From: Patescibacteria group bacterium
GTDB lineage: Bacteria; Patescibacteriota; Patescibacteriia; UBA1558; GWA2-36-10
Assembly (NCBI GenBank): GCA_018819405.1
Contig: JAHJQF010000001.1
Location: 665,676-729,675 of the forward strand
DNA length: 64,000 bases
Direction of reading: 5' to 3'
Shown: positions 27,018-37,330 of the stretch, in pieces
How the letters are laid out: each line of letters opens with the position of its first letter
Numbering within the stretch: position 1 is the stretch's first letter
Translations under genes and position numbers: made by a program
Notes under the pieces: model-generated
Databases searched by the model: none
The model's input: the letters and a program-made list of their open reading frames with translations, nothing else
Told to the model about the DNA's origin: nothing

Positions 27018-28286
27018 ATGAGCAGAGAAAAACAAATAAAAATTTCTAATCCCGTTAGAGGTTTAGCTATAGACGGGACTAAGCAGGTGAAAATAAAAAA
27101 ATATTTTATTTTACTTCTGATTTTACCTGTATTTTTATCTGGTTGCATTTTGAGTGTAAATCAGAAAAAACCAGCCAGCACTGAAACTAGCGGCGGTCTT
27201 TTTAGAAGTAGTGATCAGGCCAAGACTTGGGAAAAGGTAACTACTTTATATACCACTGGTGGACAAAAAGCTACATTTGATGCAGCTAGTATTACCGTGA
27301 TGGCTTTTGATCATTTGGATGACTCAGCTATTTATTTGGGTACGCAGCATGATGGTATATTTTATAGTTACAATTATGGAGATGGTTGGTTCAATACGCT
27401 TAGTGGTATTGGCACAATCAATGATATAGTGGTTGATCAGGCTCAAAACTGTACAATCTATGCAGCCGCACATAATAAAATATATAAAACTACAGATTGC
27501 TCTCGTACTTGGAATAGGATGTTTTTTGAAACCAGAAAAGGCCAATATATAACCGCGGTCAACATTAGTCCTCGGGATAATCAAATAATTTATGCTGGTA
27601 ATTCCAGTGGAGACTTTTTAAGAAGTAATGATGGTGGTCTGACTTGGGATGTATTAGACAGATTTGGCGCTAGAATAACGGATATTTTCGTTTTAGAAAA
27701 AGAAGATAGTCCTATAGTTTATGCTGTAGTGCAAGATAAAGGAATCTATAAGAGTGAAGATGAAGCAGAAATTTGGACAAATCTTATGGATTTGCGTGTT
27801 GATAGAGCCGAGATTGATGAAGATGAGGCATTTATAACAATTATAGAAGATGAAGAAAAGAAAATGGGACGAAAACTTACCAATCAAGAAAAATATGATT
27901 TGGAGCAAGAAAAAAAATATTTAAGCCTATACAAAATAAAAGGAGCTACTAGTATTGTTACAGCTAGTATAGACCGAAGTATAGAAGATGGTATTATATT
28001 TACATCTCGTGGTACTATATATCGCTTGACTGATGGTCGTATCTGGAAGCAAATTAAATTGCTCACTCCACCAAGTAGTAAAGAAATTATTTATTCAGTT
28101 CTAGTCAATCCCAAAAATACTCAAGAGATTTTTTATGGTACTTCCAAAGCTTTGTATCATTCACTGGACAACGGTAGTACTTGGTCTATTGATAGTTTGC
28201 CGACTGATTTTACAGCTCGTGGTTTAGCTTATTCATTGGATAATAAATATTTATACTTAGGAGCATTTAAAATTGAGGAAAAATAA
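27018..28286 (+). CDS. BNR/Asp-box (VPS10-like) beta-propeller lipoprotein; true start probably GTG 27087
   Basis: Lipobox LSGC; repeated Asp boxes (RSSDQAKTW, RSNDGGLTW, SLDNGSTW). Confidence 0.85.
   Translation: MSREKQIKISNPVRGLAIDGTKQVKIKKYFILLLILPVFLSGCILSVNQKKPASTETSGGLFRSSDQAKTWEKVTTLYTTGGQKATFDAASITVMAFDHLDDSAIYLGTQHDGIFYSYNYGDGWFNTLSGIGTINDIVVDQAQNCTIYAAAHNKIYKTTDCSRTWNRMFFETRKGQYITAVNISPRDNQIIYAGNSSGDFLRSNDGGLTWDVLDRFGARITDIFVLEKEDSPIVYAVVQDKGIYKSEDEAEIWTNLMDLRVDRAEIDEDEAFITIIEDEEKKMGRKLTNQEKYDLEQEKKYLSLYKIKGATSIVTASIDRSIEDGIIFTSRGTIYRLTDGRIWKQIKLLTPPSSKEIIYSVLVNPKNTQEIFYGTSKALYHSLDNGSTWSIDSLPTDFTARGLAYSLDNKYLYLGAFKIEEK
27046..27082 (+). mobile_element. Short in-frame CCCGTT-family insertion
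   Basis: CTAA[tcccgttagaggtttagctatagacggga]CTAA; 33 nt net, encodes NPVRGLAIDGT. Confidence 0.7.
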
Positions 28287-28290
28287 TAAT

Positions 28291-28845
28291 ATGCATAATT
28301 TAATAGAGACAAATAAAGAACACTTTGATAAAACCATTGACTTTCTAAAAAAAGATATTGGTTCACTTCGTACTGGACGTATTTCACCAAGTTTGGTAGA
28401 AAAAATAATGGTTGAAAGTTACGGTGTAAAAACTGAACTTTTACAATTGGCGGCTATTAGTTCGCCGGAGCCACAATCCATTGCTATAAAGCCTTGGGAT
28501 AAGGGAGTGGTTAGTAGTATTGAAAAAGCTATTAACCAGTCTGATTTGAATGTAAATCCGGTGGTGGATGGGGATTTGGTAAGATTAAATTTTCCTCCTT
28601 TGACAGAAGAAAGTAGAAAAAATTTGGTTAAAATATTACATAAAAAATTAGAAGAATCACGTATTGCCCTTCGCGGACAGCGTGAAAAAATAAGAGAGGA
28701 CATAATATCCAAAGAAAGAAGTGGAGAAATCGCTGAAGATGGTAAATTTCAGGCTCTTAATGATCTTGATGAGCTGATCAAAGAGTATAATGAAAAAATC
28801 AAACAAATTGGCGATGAAAAAGAAAAAGAAATAATGACAATTTAA
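28291..28845 (+). CDS. frr: Ribosome recycling factor
   Basis: LRTGR, IKPWDK, PPLTEESRK, KEKEIM. Confidence 0.96.
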   Translation: MHNLIETNKEHFDKTIDFLKKDIGSLRTGRISPSLVEKIMVESYGVKTELLQLAAISSPEPQSIAIKPWDKGVVSSIEKAINQSDLNVNPVVDGDLVRLNFPPLTEESRKNLVKILHKKLEESRIALRGQREKIREDIISKERSGEIAEDGKFQALNDLDELIKEYNEKIKQIGDEKEKEIMTI

Positions 28846-28848
28846 AAT

Positions 28849-29955
28849 ATGGAAACAATTATAACATTTATATTAATTTTAGGTTTGCTAATCCTAGTTC
28901 ATGAACTAGGACACTTTATTAGTGCGCGTCGTTTGGGAGTAGATGTGGAGGAGTTTGCGATTGGTTTTCCACCCAAGATTTTTTCCAAAAAGAAAAATGG
29001 AGTGAAATATTCAATCAACTGGATACCACTGGGCGGTTATGTAAAAATTAAAGGGGAGTCTGGAGACAATACTGACGATCCAAATAGTTTTGCTGTCCAG
29101 CCGGCTTGGAAAAAACTTATTATTGTTTCAGCTGGTGTATTTATGAATTTTCTCTTGTCTTTTATTTTACTATCAATTATTTTTGTATCTGGATTTCCAC
29201 AAGAACTAGACGGTAGTATCCCGGCTGACAAAATAACTGATAAAAGAGTAACGGTTTTGGAAATAGTCAAAAACAGCCCAGCTGATAAAGCGGGTATTGA
29301 GATAGGCGATAAAGTAGTTTCTATAAATGGCGAGGTATTTGATGATTATAATGCTGCTCATGATAAAATAGAGAGCCTAAGGGGTCAGACAGTTGATATT
29401 ATCGTAGAAAAATCAAACAAACAGACCGAACAATACAAGATAGAACATGCTCAATTAGATGGCGAAGAGGCTTCAATGATTGGTATTGGTATTATTAATA
29501 CTGGTGTTGTAAATTATGGATTTTTTGGCGGTATATGGCAGGGTTTGAAAGTCACGGGCATTATGATATTTCGTATTATCCAAGCTTTGTATTATCTAAT
29601 TGCTGACTTAGTTACCAAAGGTGCTGTGCCTGAGGGATTTGGTGGGCCGGTAGCAGTAGCGATGGTGACTGGCGAAGTCATAAAATTAGGATTTTTACGT
29701 ATTGTATATTTTGCTGCTGTCTTATCTATCAATCTAGGGGTTATAAATTTCTTCCCTTTCCCGGCTCTGGATGGAGGTCGCGCCTTATTTATTAGTTTGC
29801 AGGCCATCACCAGGCGAAAGCTAAATGAAAAAGTAGAGGCTTGGATACATAATAGCGGTTTTATCATTTTGGTGGCTTTATTAGTTATTATTACTGTTAG
29901 AGATTTTAAGAATTATGGACCAATGATATTTAATTCTATCAAAAATTTATTTTAA
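28849..29955 (+). CDS. rseP: RIP metalloprotease RseP (M50) with PDZ domain
   Basis: HELGH, IPLGGYVKI, AGVFMN, NFFPFPALDGGR. Confidence 0.96.
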   Translation: METIITFILILGLLILVHELGHFISARRLGVDVEEFAIGFPPKIFSKKKNGVKYSINWIPLGGYVKIKGESGDNTDDPNSFAVQPAWKKLIIVSAGVFMNFLLSFILLSIIFVSGFPQELDGSIPADKITDKRVTVLEIVKNSPADKAGIEIGDKVVSINGEVFDDYNAAHDKIESLRGQTVDIIVEKSNKQTEQYKIEHAQLDGEEASMIGIGIINTGVVNYGFFGGIWQGLKVTGIMIFRIIQALYYLIADLVTKGAVPEGFGGPVAVAMVTGEVIKLGFLRIVYFAAVLSINLGVINFFPFPALDGGRALFISLQAITRRKLNEKVEAWIHNSGFIILVALLVIITVRDFKNYGPMIFNSIKNLF

Positions 29956-29958
29956 GAT

Positions 29959-30252
29959 ATGAAATTTTCCATAAAAACAGCAGATATAAAAGAAAATCCT
30001 TTGACTATGATGAGGCGCTTGGGATATCATCCACATCGTGGCTCTTCGATGAGCTTTGCCCGTCGCTTGACGCATGATGAATTTCCCAGACTACACGTGT
30101 ATATGAATGATCAAGGAGACTCTCTAGAGATTTCTATACATTTGGATCAAAAAGCAGCTTGTCATAATGACCAGACAGCTCACAGCGGTGAATATGATGG
30201 TCAGATTTTGGAAGACGAGAAAAGACGTATAACAGAGCAATTAAAAAATTAG
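29959..30252 (+). CDS. Conserved hypothetical protein
   Basis: 97 aa; RRLGY, FPRLHVY, HLDQK, HSGEYDG pattern; co-oriented and tightly packed. Confidence 0.8.
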   Translation: MKFSIKTADIKENPLTMMRRLGYHPHRGSSMSFARRLTHDEFPRLHVYMNDQGDSLEISIHLDQKAACHNDQTAHSGEYDGQILEDEKRRITEQLKN

Positions 30253-30255
30253 TGT

Positions 30256-31500
30256 ATGAGACAATCAAAATTATTTGGTAAGACTAGACGTGATATTAGT
30301 CAGGATGAAAAAAGTATCAATGCGGAGTTGCTTATCCGTGGCGGTTTTATTGAAAAGCACATGGCTGGTGTTTATAATTATTTGCCACTTGGTTTAAGAG
30401 TATTTAGAAAAGTGGAAAATATTATCAGAGATGAAATGAATGCAGTGGATGGGCAGGAGATGCTCATGACTGCTCTTCAACCAAAAGATTTGTGGCAGAA
30501 AACAGGCCGTTGGGATGAGATGCAAGATATTATGTATCAGTTTCCTGATGGTCATGGCAATGAAGTTGGTTTAGCTACTACTCATGAGGAGGTAGTCACA
30601 GAATTAGCAAAGCAACAAATAAACTCTTATAAAGATTTACCAATTTATATTTATCAGATTCAGGATAAATTTCGCAATGAAAAGAGAGCTAAGTCAGGAT
30701 TACTTCGTGGTCGTGAATTTTCTATGAAAGATTTGTATAGTTTTCACGCTGATGAAAAAGATTTGGATAAATATTATATGTTGGTGCATGATGCTTATCT
30801 TAAAATTTTTAAACGTCTAGGTTTGGAGGCATTTTCAGTAGAGGCATCTGGTGGCACTATGAGTAAACAATTTTCTCATGAGTTTATGGTAATTACCGAG
30901 GCCGGGGAAGATGTGACTGTACTTTGCAAAAAATGTTTTTGGGCACAAAACAAAGAAATAGCACAATCTAAAGCAGGCGACAAATGTCCAAAGTGTGGTC
31001 ATAAACTAGAGGAAGCCAAGACTGTAGAGGCAGGTAATATTTTTAGACTTGGTACAAAGTATTCTAGCTCACTTGCTTTGCAATACACCGACAAAGAAGG
31101 TAAAAAGCATGATGTTTTAATGGGATCTTATGGTATAGGTTTAGGCAGAGTAATGGGCACTGTGGTAGAAGCTAGTCACGACAAAGACGGAATCATTTGG
31201 ACTAAGACTACTACGCCTTACCATATACATTTGCTAAATTTTGCAAAAAATGGTAAGACAGATGAGAAAAGTGACAGTATTTATGAATCATTAAAGTCAG
31301 CTGGATTTGATGTCTTATATGATGATAGGGAAATTTCTTTTGGTAAAAAACTCAAAGATGCTGACTTGATTGGTATACCTTATCAATTAGTAATTTCTGA
31401 CAAAAATCAGGATTTAGAACTTATTAGCCGTTTTGATCATAAAAAAGAAATGATGGATATCAAACAAGTCATAAATGCTCTAGATAAATTTTATAAATAA
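30256..31500 (+). CDS. proS: Proline-tRNA ligase (short form)
   Basis: MRQSKLF, THEE, KFRNEKRAKSGLLRGREFSMKDLYSF, MGSYGIG. Confidence 0.96.
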   Translation: MRQSKLFGKTRRDISQDEKSINAELLIRGGFIEKHMAGVYNYLPLGLRVFRKVENIIRDEMNAVDGQEMLMTALQPKDLWQKTGRWDEMQDIMYQFPDGHGNEVGLATTHEEVVTELAKQQINSYKDLPIYIYQIQDKFRNEKRAKSGLLRGREFSMKDLYSFHADEKDLDKYYMLVHDAYLKIFKRLGLEAFSVEASGGTMSKQFSHEFMVITEAGEDVTVLCKKCFWAQNKEIAQSKAGDKCPKCGHKLEEAKTVEAGNIFRLGTKYSSSLALQYTDKEGKKHDVLMGSYGIGLGRVMGTVVEASHDKDGIIWTKTTTPYHIHLLNFAKNGKTDEKSDSIYESLKSAGFDVLYDDREISFGKKLKDADLIGIPYQLVISDKNQDLELISRFDHKKEMMDIKQVINALDKFYK

Positions 31501-32552
31501 TGTTTAAAAGACTATTTCGAAATTTTTCTAAAGACATTGGTATTGACCTGGGAACGGCCAATACTTTAGTTTATGTCAAAGATCAGGGAATTATTATCAA
31601 TGAGCCATCTATAGTGGCAATAAATAATCGTACCGAAAAAATTGTAGCAGTTGGTGAAGATGCCAAAATCATGATGGGTAAGACTCCTCAGCATATTACT
31701 GTCAGTCGTCCTTTGGTAGACGGGATTATTTCTGATTTTGAAGTATCTGAAAAAATGCTCAAGCATTTTATAGAAAAAGTCCATCGTGAATCATTTACAT
31801 TTATGCCTCGACCAAGAGTAGTGATTGGTCTCCCTCTTGATGTGACAGAAGTAGAAAGAAAGGCAGTAGAAGATTCAGTGATGGGGGCTGGTGCTTCAGA
31901 AGTGCTGCTTATAGAAGAGCCAATGGCAGCTGCCATTGGAGCTGGTTTACCAATTTTGGAGGCTTCAGGATCAATGATAGTTGACATTGGAGGTGGTACT
32001 ACAGAGATTGCGGTTATTTCATTAGGAGGAGTAGTTTCTTGGAAATCTCTCAAACTGGCCGGTGATAAATTAAACGAAGCTATTATTCAGTATGCTCGTG
32101 ATAAATTTAATTTGCTTTTAGGGGAGAGGACTGCGGAAAAGATTAAGATACAGGTAGCTTCGGTGTTGCCAATGGACAAGGTATTAAAAACTACCATGCG
32201 TGGTCGTGACCTTTTGACTGGTTTGCCAAAAGAGGTTCAAATTACTGATGCTAATATTCGTGAGGCTATTATACGGCCGGTGAAATTGATAGTAGAAAAT
32301 ATTAAGGCTACTATTGAAAACACTCCCCCGGAGCTTGTCGCCGATCTTTATGAAAAAGGCATGGTCTTATCAGGTGGTGGGGCCTTACTGAGGGGTTTGG
32401 ATACTCTTATTTCACAAGAAACTAAAATGCCTGTTCATATTACTGATGAACCACTGACGGCAGTGGTCCGAGGTACCGGAAAAATATTGGATGATTTAGA
32501 TAATTTACAAGATATAATTTTACCTTCTACTAAAGATTTGGGACTAAATTAA
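31500..32552 (+). CDS. mreB: Rod shape-determining actin MreB
   Basis: IGIDLGTANT, EEPMAAAIGAG, DIGGGTTE, TPPEL. Confidence 0.97.
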   Translation: MFKRLFRNFSKDIGIDLGTANTLVYVKDQGIIINEPSIVAINNRTEKIVAVGEDAKIMMGKTPQHITVSRPLVDGIISDFEVSEKMLKHFIEKVHRESFTFMPRPRVVIGLPLDVTEVERKAVEDSVMGAGASEVLLIEEPMAAAIGAGLPILEASGSMIVDIGGGTTEIAVISLGGVVSWKSLKLAGDKLNEAIIQYARDKFNLLLGERTAEKIKIQVASVLPMDKVLKTTMRGRDLLTGLPKEVQITDANIREAIIRPVKLIVENIKATIENTPPELVADLYEKGMVLSGGGALLRGLDTLISQETKMPVHITDEPLTAVVRGTGKILDDLDNLQDIILPSTKDLGLN

Positions 32553-32565
32553 AAAACCACAATTT

Positions 32566-33306
32566 ATGCTAAAACAAAATCTAAGAGTTTTTTTGCTTTT
32601 CATATTGGTTGTGATTTTTTTAATTTTATTTAAAAATGGTCAAATTTTTGATGTAGGGATTTTGTTTCGTAGTTGGTTTGGTCCCAAGGGATCGGTAAAT
32701 CAGCTTTATGATCAGCCAAGTGATCTGGAAGAGGATTATAAAAATCTGTTGGTTGAAAATAATCAACTAAAAACTCTAGCCAAAGAAAATCAAGAACTTC
32801 GTGAATTATTAGCGCTAAAGGAAAAAGAAAATTATACCTTAGCTATTGCCGATATATTGGGTCGTGATCCGGTCAATAGAAACATTTTGATTATTGATAT
32901 TGGAAAAAATAAAAATGTGGAGTTGGGTCAGGCGGTTGTAGTAAACAATGGTATTATTGTAGGGAAGGTAATAGATGTTGGGCAGGATTCTTCAAAGGTG
33001 CGTCTTTTGACTGATAGTTTTAGCAAATTAGCTGTCAAAGTAGGTGATCAACAAAATATTTCTGGTATTTTGACTGGCTCCTTGGGTTTGGTGATGGACT
33101 TGAGTTATATACCACAGGAGCAGGAGATAAAAAAAGGAGATCTGGTAGTAAGTGCCGATATAGATGCCAAGATTCCTAGCGGTCTGGTGATTGGTAAGGT
33201 GGAGGAAGTAGAATTTTCTCAGGAGGAGCTATTTAAAAATGCGTCTATTAGCCCGCTTATAAATTATGATAATTTAAGTATGTTAGCAATTATTACTAGT
33301 TTATGA
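32566..33306 (+). CDS. mreC: Rod shape-determining protein MreC
   Basis: TM helix, coiled coil ENQELRELL, GIIVGKV, IPSGLVIGKV; follows mreB. Confidence 0.92.
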   Translation: MLKQNLRVFLLFILVVIFLILFKNGQIFDVGILFRSWFGPKGSVNQLYDQPSDLEEDYKNLLVENNQLKTLAKENQELRELLALKEKENYTLAIADILGRDPVNRNILIIDIGKNKNVELGQAVVVNNGIIVGKVIDVGQDSSKVRLLTDSFSKLAVKVGDQQNISGILTGSLGLVMDLSYIPQEQEIKKGDLVVSADIDAKIPSGLVIGKVEEVEFSQEELFKNASISPLINYDNLSMLAIITSL

Positions 33307-33806
33307 AGTATTTAGTTATAATTTTTATTTATCTTCTGTCTGCTTTTTCTTTTATTGTTCTGAATCTTTATGATAATGGTTGGCAATTTTTGCAGCCATT
33401 TTTAGTCACTAGTCTTTTAGTGTATTACAATCAGAAGAACCCTTGGATTTATTATGCTTATGCTGGTCTGGCCGGCTTGTTTGTAGATTCCTTTACAGGT
33501 GTGTTTGGACTTCATGCAATATTTTTTATGCTCATTATTTTTATTTTAGCTAGTTTACAACTTACAATTTTAACTTCAAAAAATATTTTGACTATTATAC
33601 TTTTATCTTTGTCTGCCTTTGTCATGTTTTGGCTGTTTTTTTTGACAGCAAATTTTATTTTCCCTTGGAACTTATATATTATAAATTTTGATATGATGTT
33701 GCAGGTGATCAAGATGATGGGTATAAATTTGTTTATACTTATCTTAGTTCATTTGCTTTATTATAATTTTTGGGCCAAACACCATGATAAAAAGCAATCC
33801 TTTTAA
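33303..33806 (+). CDS. mreD: Rod shape-determining protein MreD
   Basis: Multi-TM, AGLFVDSF; sits between mreC and mrdA. Confidence 0.8.
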   Translation: MKYLVIIFIYLLSAFSFIVLNLYDNGWQFLQPFLVTSLLVYYNQKNPWIYYAYAGLAGLFVDSFTGVFGLHAIFFMLIIFILASLQLTILTSKNILTIILLSLSAFVMFWLFFLTANFIFPWNLYIINFDMMLQVIKMMGINLFILILVHLLYYNFWAKHHDKKQSF

Positions 33807-35691
33807 AATTCAAGAGGGGTCAGTCAAGGATTCAAAGGTCAGCGGCTTTATAAAACAAAAAAAAAGCGGTGATTATTTAGAGTTGGGTTGGTTGGGAAAG
33901 CATCAGAGGCTTGGTAAGTTTTTTGCCGATAGAAAAATCAGAAATCTTTTTATTTTATTTTTATTTATTCTTTTTATTTTATTTGGCCGAGCTTTTTATT
34001 TGCAAGTTGTCAGGGGGGAATATTTTAGGAATGTGGCTGAGGGAAATAGGATTAAATCCAATATAATCAAAGCCAATCGTGGTTTATTTTATGATCGTTT
34101 TGGAAATTTGATGGTCAAAAATGTTTCATATTTCTTTTTATATCTTATTCCTGATTTTTTGCCGACTGAGATTGAGATCAGAGATGAAATACTCAATCAA
34201 GTAGCCTCAACTTTGGGAATAGATAAAACAGAAATTGAAGCTCGTATTCAAGAGGAGTCTGATAGCTCAGATCAGGTTTTGATTTATGAAAATATTTCTT
34301 ATCAGACAGCTATCAAGCTAATTATCATGTCAGAAAATTATCCAGCTATTAATATTTCTTTTGAACCTCGCCGTCAATATTTTGCTGATTTGGGTTCAGC
34401 TCATATCTTGGGTTATTTGGGAGCAGTCGGTGAAGAAGATGTTAAAGATGCTAAGTATAATTATCATGATAGAATAGGTAAAAGCGGTTTGGAGTTGATC
34501 TATGAAGATGTACTCAGGGGAAAAGATGGCAGTCAGGAGGTAGAGGTAGACGCTTTATTTAGAGAAAAAAATATGCTGTCTATAACTGATCCAATTGACG
34601 GGGATGATTTATATTTAACATTAGATAATAAGGCTCAGGCCAAACTAGCTGAAATAATGAAAAAATATGCGGCTAACTATGATAAACCAAAAATGGCGGC
34701 TATAGTTTTGGATCCTAAAGATGGCGGAATATTGGCTATGAATAGTTTGCCCGATTATGATAGTAATATTTTTACCAGTGTTTTAAATACTGGGCAATAT
34801 CAAGAGATTATTCAAGATGAAAACAATCCCTTATTGAATAGGGTTATTTCTGGGACTTACCCATTGGGTTCTGTCTTTAAAACAGTGGTTGCTTCAGCTG
34901 CCCTTGAAGAAAAAGTAATAAATAAAAATTTTAAAGTAAATAGTACGGGAGGAGTGAGTGTTGGCGGTAGTTTTTTTCCTGACTGGCGAGCTGGCGGCCA
35001 TGGCATGACAGATATTTATTGGGCAATAGCTGATTCAGTAAATACATTTTTTTATTCTATTGGCGGTGGCAACAATGAATGGCTCAGTCGTGGCTTGGGA
35101 GTAGACAAAATTATTGACTATGCCAAAAAATTTGGCTTTGGCAACAAGACTGGTGTTGATTTACCATCTGAAGCTGTGGGATTTTTGCCTTCCAAAGATT
35201 GGAAAGAAGATACCTTTGGTGAAAGGTGGTATCTGGGGGATACTTATAATCTATCTATTGGTCAAGGATTTTTGACAGTCACACCAATACAAACTGCTGT
35301 TATGATGTCATATTTTGCCAATCAAGGAGTAGCTTATCAACCACATTTTGTCAAAGAAATAAAACAAGGCGATAAAATTGTTCCCTATGAGCCCAAAGCT
35401 ATTTTGACGAATCTTGTAGCATCTGATAATTTAAGTACTGTCAGAGAGGCTCTGAGGTTAACTGTCACCCAAGGCACAGCTCAAAGTCTTCAGTCTGTCC
35501 CAGTCAAAGTAGCCGGCAAAACGGGCACAGCGCAGTTTCGTAAAGATAAAATTCCGCATTCTTGGATGGCAGCCTTTGCACCTTATGATGACCCCAAAAT
35601 TGTGACAGTTGTTTTGGTGGAAGAAGGCGGCGATGTTGGTTGGGCTGTTGCTATAACTCGAGAGTTTATGGAGTGGTATTTTTCCCAATAA
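33784..35691 (+). CDS. mrdA: Penicillin-binding protein 2
   Basis: GSVFK (SxxK), SVN (SxN), GKTGTAQ (KTG). Confidence 0.95.
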   Translation: MIKSNPFKIQEGSVKDSKVSGFIKQKKSGDYLELGWLGKHQRLGKFFADRKIRNLFILFLFILFILFGRAFYLQVVRGEYFRNVAEGNRIKSNIIKANRGLFYDRFGNLMVKNVSYFFLYLIPDFLPTEIEIRDEILNQVASTLGIDKTEIEARIQEESDSSDQVLIYENISYQTAIKLIIMSENYPAINISFEPRRQYFADLGSAHILGYLGAVGEEDVKDAKYNYHDRIGKSGLELIYEDVLRGKDGSQEVEVDALFREKNMLSITDPIDGDDLYLTLDNKAQAKLAEIMKKYAANYDKPKMAAIVLDPKDGGILAMNSLPDYDSNIFTSVLNTGQYQEIIQDENNPLLNRVISGTYPLGSVFKTVVASAALEEKVINKNFKVNSTGGVSVGGSFFPDWRAGGHGMTDIYWAIADSVNTFFYSIGGGNNEWLSRGLGVDKIIDYAKKFGFGNKTGVDLPSEAVGFLPSKDWKEDTFGERWYLGDTYNLSIGQGFLTVTPIQTAVMMSYFANQGVAYQPHFVKEIKQGDKIVPYEPKAILTNLVASDNLSTVREALRLTVTQGTAQSLQSVPVKVAGKTGTAQFRKDKIPHSWMAAFAPYDDPKIVTVVLVEEGGDVGWAVAITREFMEWYFSQ

Positions 35692-35751
35692 TTTGCTAAG
35701 ATATAATTTATTAATAATAAATTAACAAAAATTAAAAAGTATAGAAAGATT

Positions 35752-36210
35752 ATGGATAAAAAAGTTTTTAGCCAAGCTGGGCTGGACAAGCTCAAAAATG
35801 AGCTCGAACACCTCAAAACTGAAAAAAGACCTCAGGTATCTGAGAGGATAAAAACAGCCAAAGAGCTAGGCGATTTATCAGAAAATGCTGAATATCAAGA
35901 TGCCAAAGAAGAGCAGTCTTTTGTTGAAGGCCGTATTTTAGAATTGGAGCATTTGATAAAAACAGCCGTTGTCGCAGAGACCAATGCAGATAGCGATAAA
36001 GTTTATATTGGCTCACAGGTAAAGATTGATAAAGATGGTCAGATTTTAGATTTTACTATAGTTGGTAGTACCGAGGCCGAGCCACTAAGTGGCCGTATTT
36101 CTCTAGAATCTCCATTTGGTAAAGCTTTATTAAACAAAAAAGTTGGTGATGAAGCAGAAGTTGATTTGCCAGGTGGCAAAGTAAAGTGTAAGATTTTAGA
36201 AATAAAATAA
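35752..36210 (+). CDS. greA: Transcription elongation factor GreA
   Basis: GDLSENAEY, ISLESPFGKAL. Confidence 0.97.
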   Translation: MDKKVFSQAGLDKLKNELEHLKTEKRPQVSERIKTAKELGDLSENAEYQDAKEEQSFVEGRILELEHLIKTAVVAETNADSDKVYIGSQVKIDKDGQILDFTIVGSTEAEPLSGRISLESPFGKALLNKKVGDEAEVDLPGGKVKCKILEIK

Positions 36211-36217
36211 AACTATA

Positions 36218-37231
36218 ATGTTTATAAAAAAGATAGGAATTGATTTGGGCACTACTTATACTTTGGTTTATATTCCAAAACGCGGTATTGTAATACACGA
36301 GCCATCTGTTGTGGCTGTTTCTATCTTGGACAATAAAGTAATGGCAGTGGGCGATGAAGCCAAAGAAATGATTGGCCGTACACCGGATTCTATTGTAGCT
36401 GCTAGGCCATTAAAAAATGGAGTAATTGCTGACTATCGTACTACAGAAAGCATGCTTAAATATTTTATAAACAAAGCTGTGGGTGGTATGAAAATATTCA
36501 GACCGGAAGTCATGATTGCCGTACCAGCCGGCATCACCTCTACAGAGAGAAGGGCAGTAATTGATGCTACTTTAAATGCCGGTGCCAAAGCTGCTTATAT
36601 TATCAAAGAGCCGATTGCAGCCGCTATAGGAGCCGATATTCCAATTGGTAGTGCTTCTGGACACATGATTGTTGATATGGGGGGAGGCACCAGTGAAATT
36701 GCTGTTATTTCTTTGGGTGGTATTGTAGCTAGTACATCTGTCAGAATAGGTGGCAATAAATATGACAGTGCCATAGGTGAATTTATAAAAAAGAAATATA
36801 ATTTGGCTATTGGTGAAAGAACTGCTGAAGAAGTAAAAATAAAAATTGGTAGCGCTCAATTTTTACCAAAAGAAGAAAAATTATTTATGGATATCAAAGG
36901 GCGGGATATGATTACTGGGTTGCCACGGACTATCAATGTCAGTTCAGATGATGTGACAGAAGCTTTACAAAATGAATTACAAAGTTTGATCTCGGCTGTA
37001 AAATCTGTCTTATATCAAACACCACCCGAGCTTTCAGCTGATATCATGGACAAGGGCATGGTTTTATCTGGTGGCACTTCACTGCTTAGAAACATGGATA
37101 AATTGCTATCCCAAGCCACTGGCGTACCGGCTTATGTAGCTGATGATTCTCTACTTTGTGTAGCTCGTGGCACAGGTATTGCCCTAGAAAATTTGGAAAG
37201 TTATAAACGAAGTATTTTATCGGCCAAATAA
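36218..37231 (+). CDS. mreB: Second MreB/Mbl paralog
   Basis: IGIDLGTT, EPIAAAIGA, DMGGGTSE, TPPEL. Confidence 0.93.
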   Translation: MFIKKIGIDLGTTYTLVYIPKRGIVIHEPSVVAVSILDNKVMAVGDEAKEMIGRTPDSIVAARPLKNGVIADYRTTESMLKYFINKAVGGMKIFRPEVMIAVPAGITSTERRAVIDATLNAGAKAAYIIKEPIAAAIGADIPIGSASGHMIVDMGGGTSEIAVISLGGIVASTSVRIGGNKYDSAIGEFIKKKYNLAIGERTAEEVKIKIGSAQFLPKEEKLFMDIKGRDMITGLPRTINVSSDDVTEALQNELQSLISAVKSVLYQTPPELSADIMDKGMVLSGGTSLLRNMDKLLSQATGVPAYVADDSLLCVARGTGIALENLESYKRSILSAK

Positions 37232-37330
37232 TGAATCCCGTTAGAAATTCACGGGATATTGTGTATAAATAAAGATAGTGTAGTATATATTTCTTGTATG
37301 TTTTATGAAGTAAATTTCTAACGGGATGAA
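37232..37330 (+). mobile_element. CCCGTT-family palindromic insertion inside the TAATG stop-start overlap
   Basis: TAA-TGAA[tcccgttagaaatt...aatttctaacggga]TGAA; 14-bp perfect inverted repeat. Confidence 0.85.
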
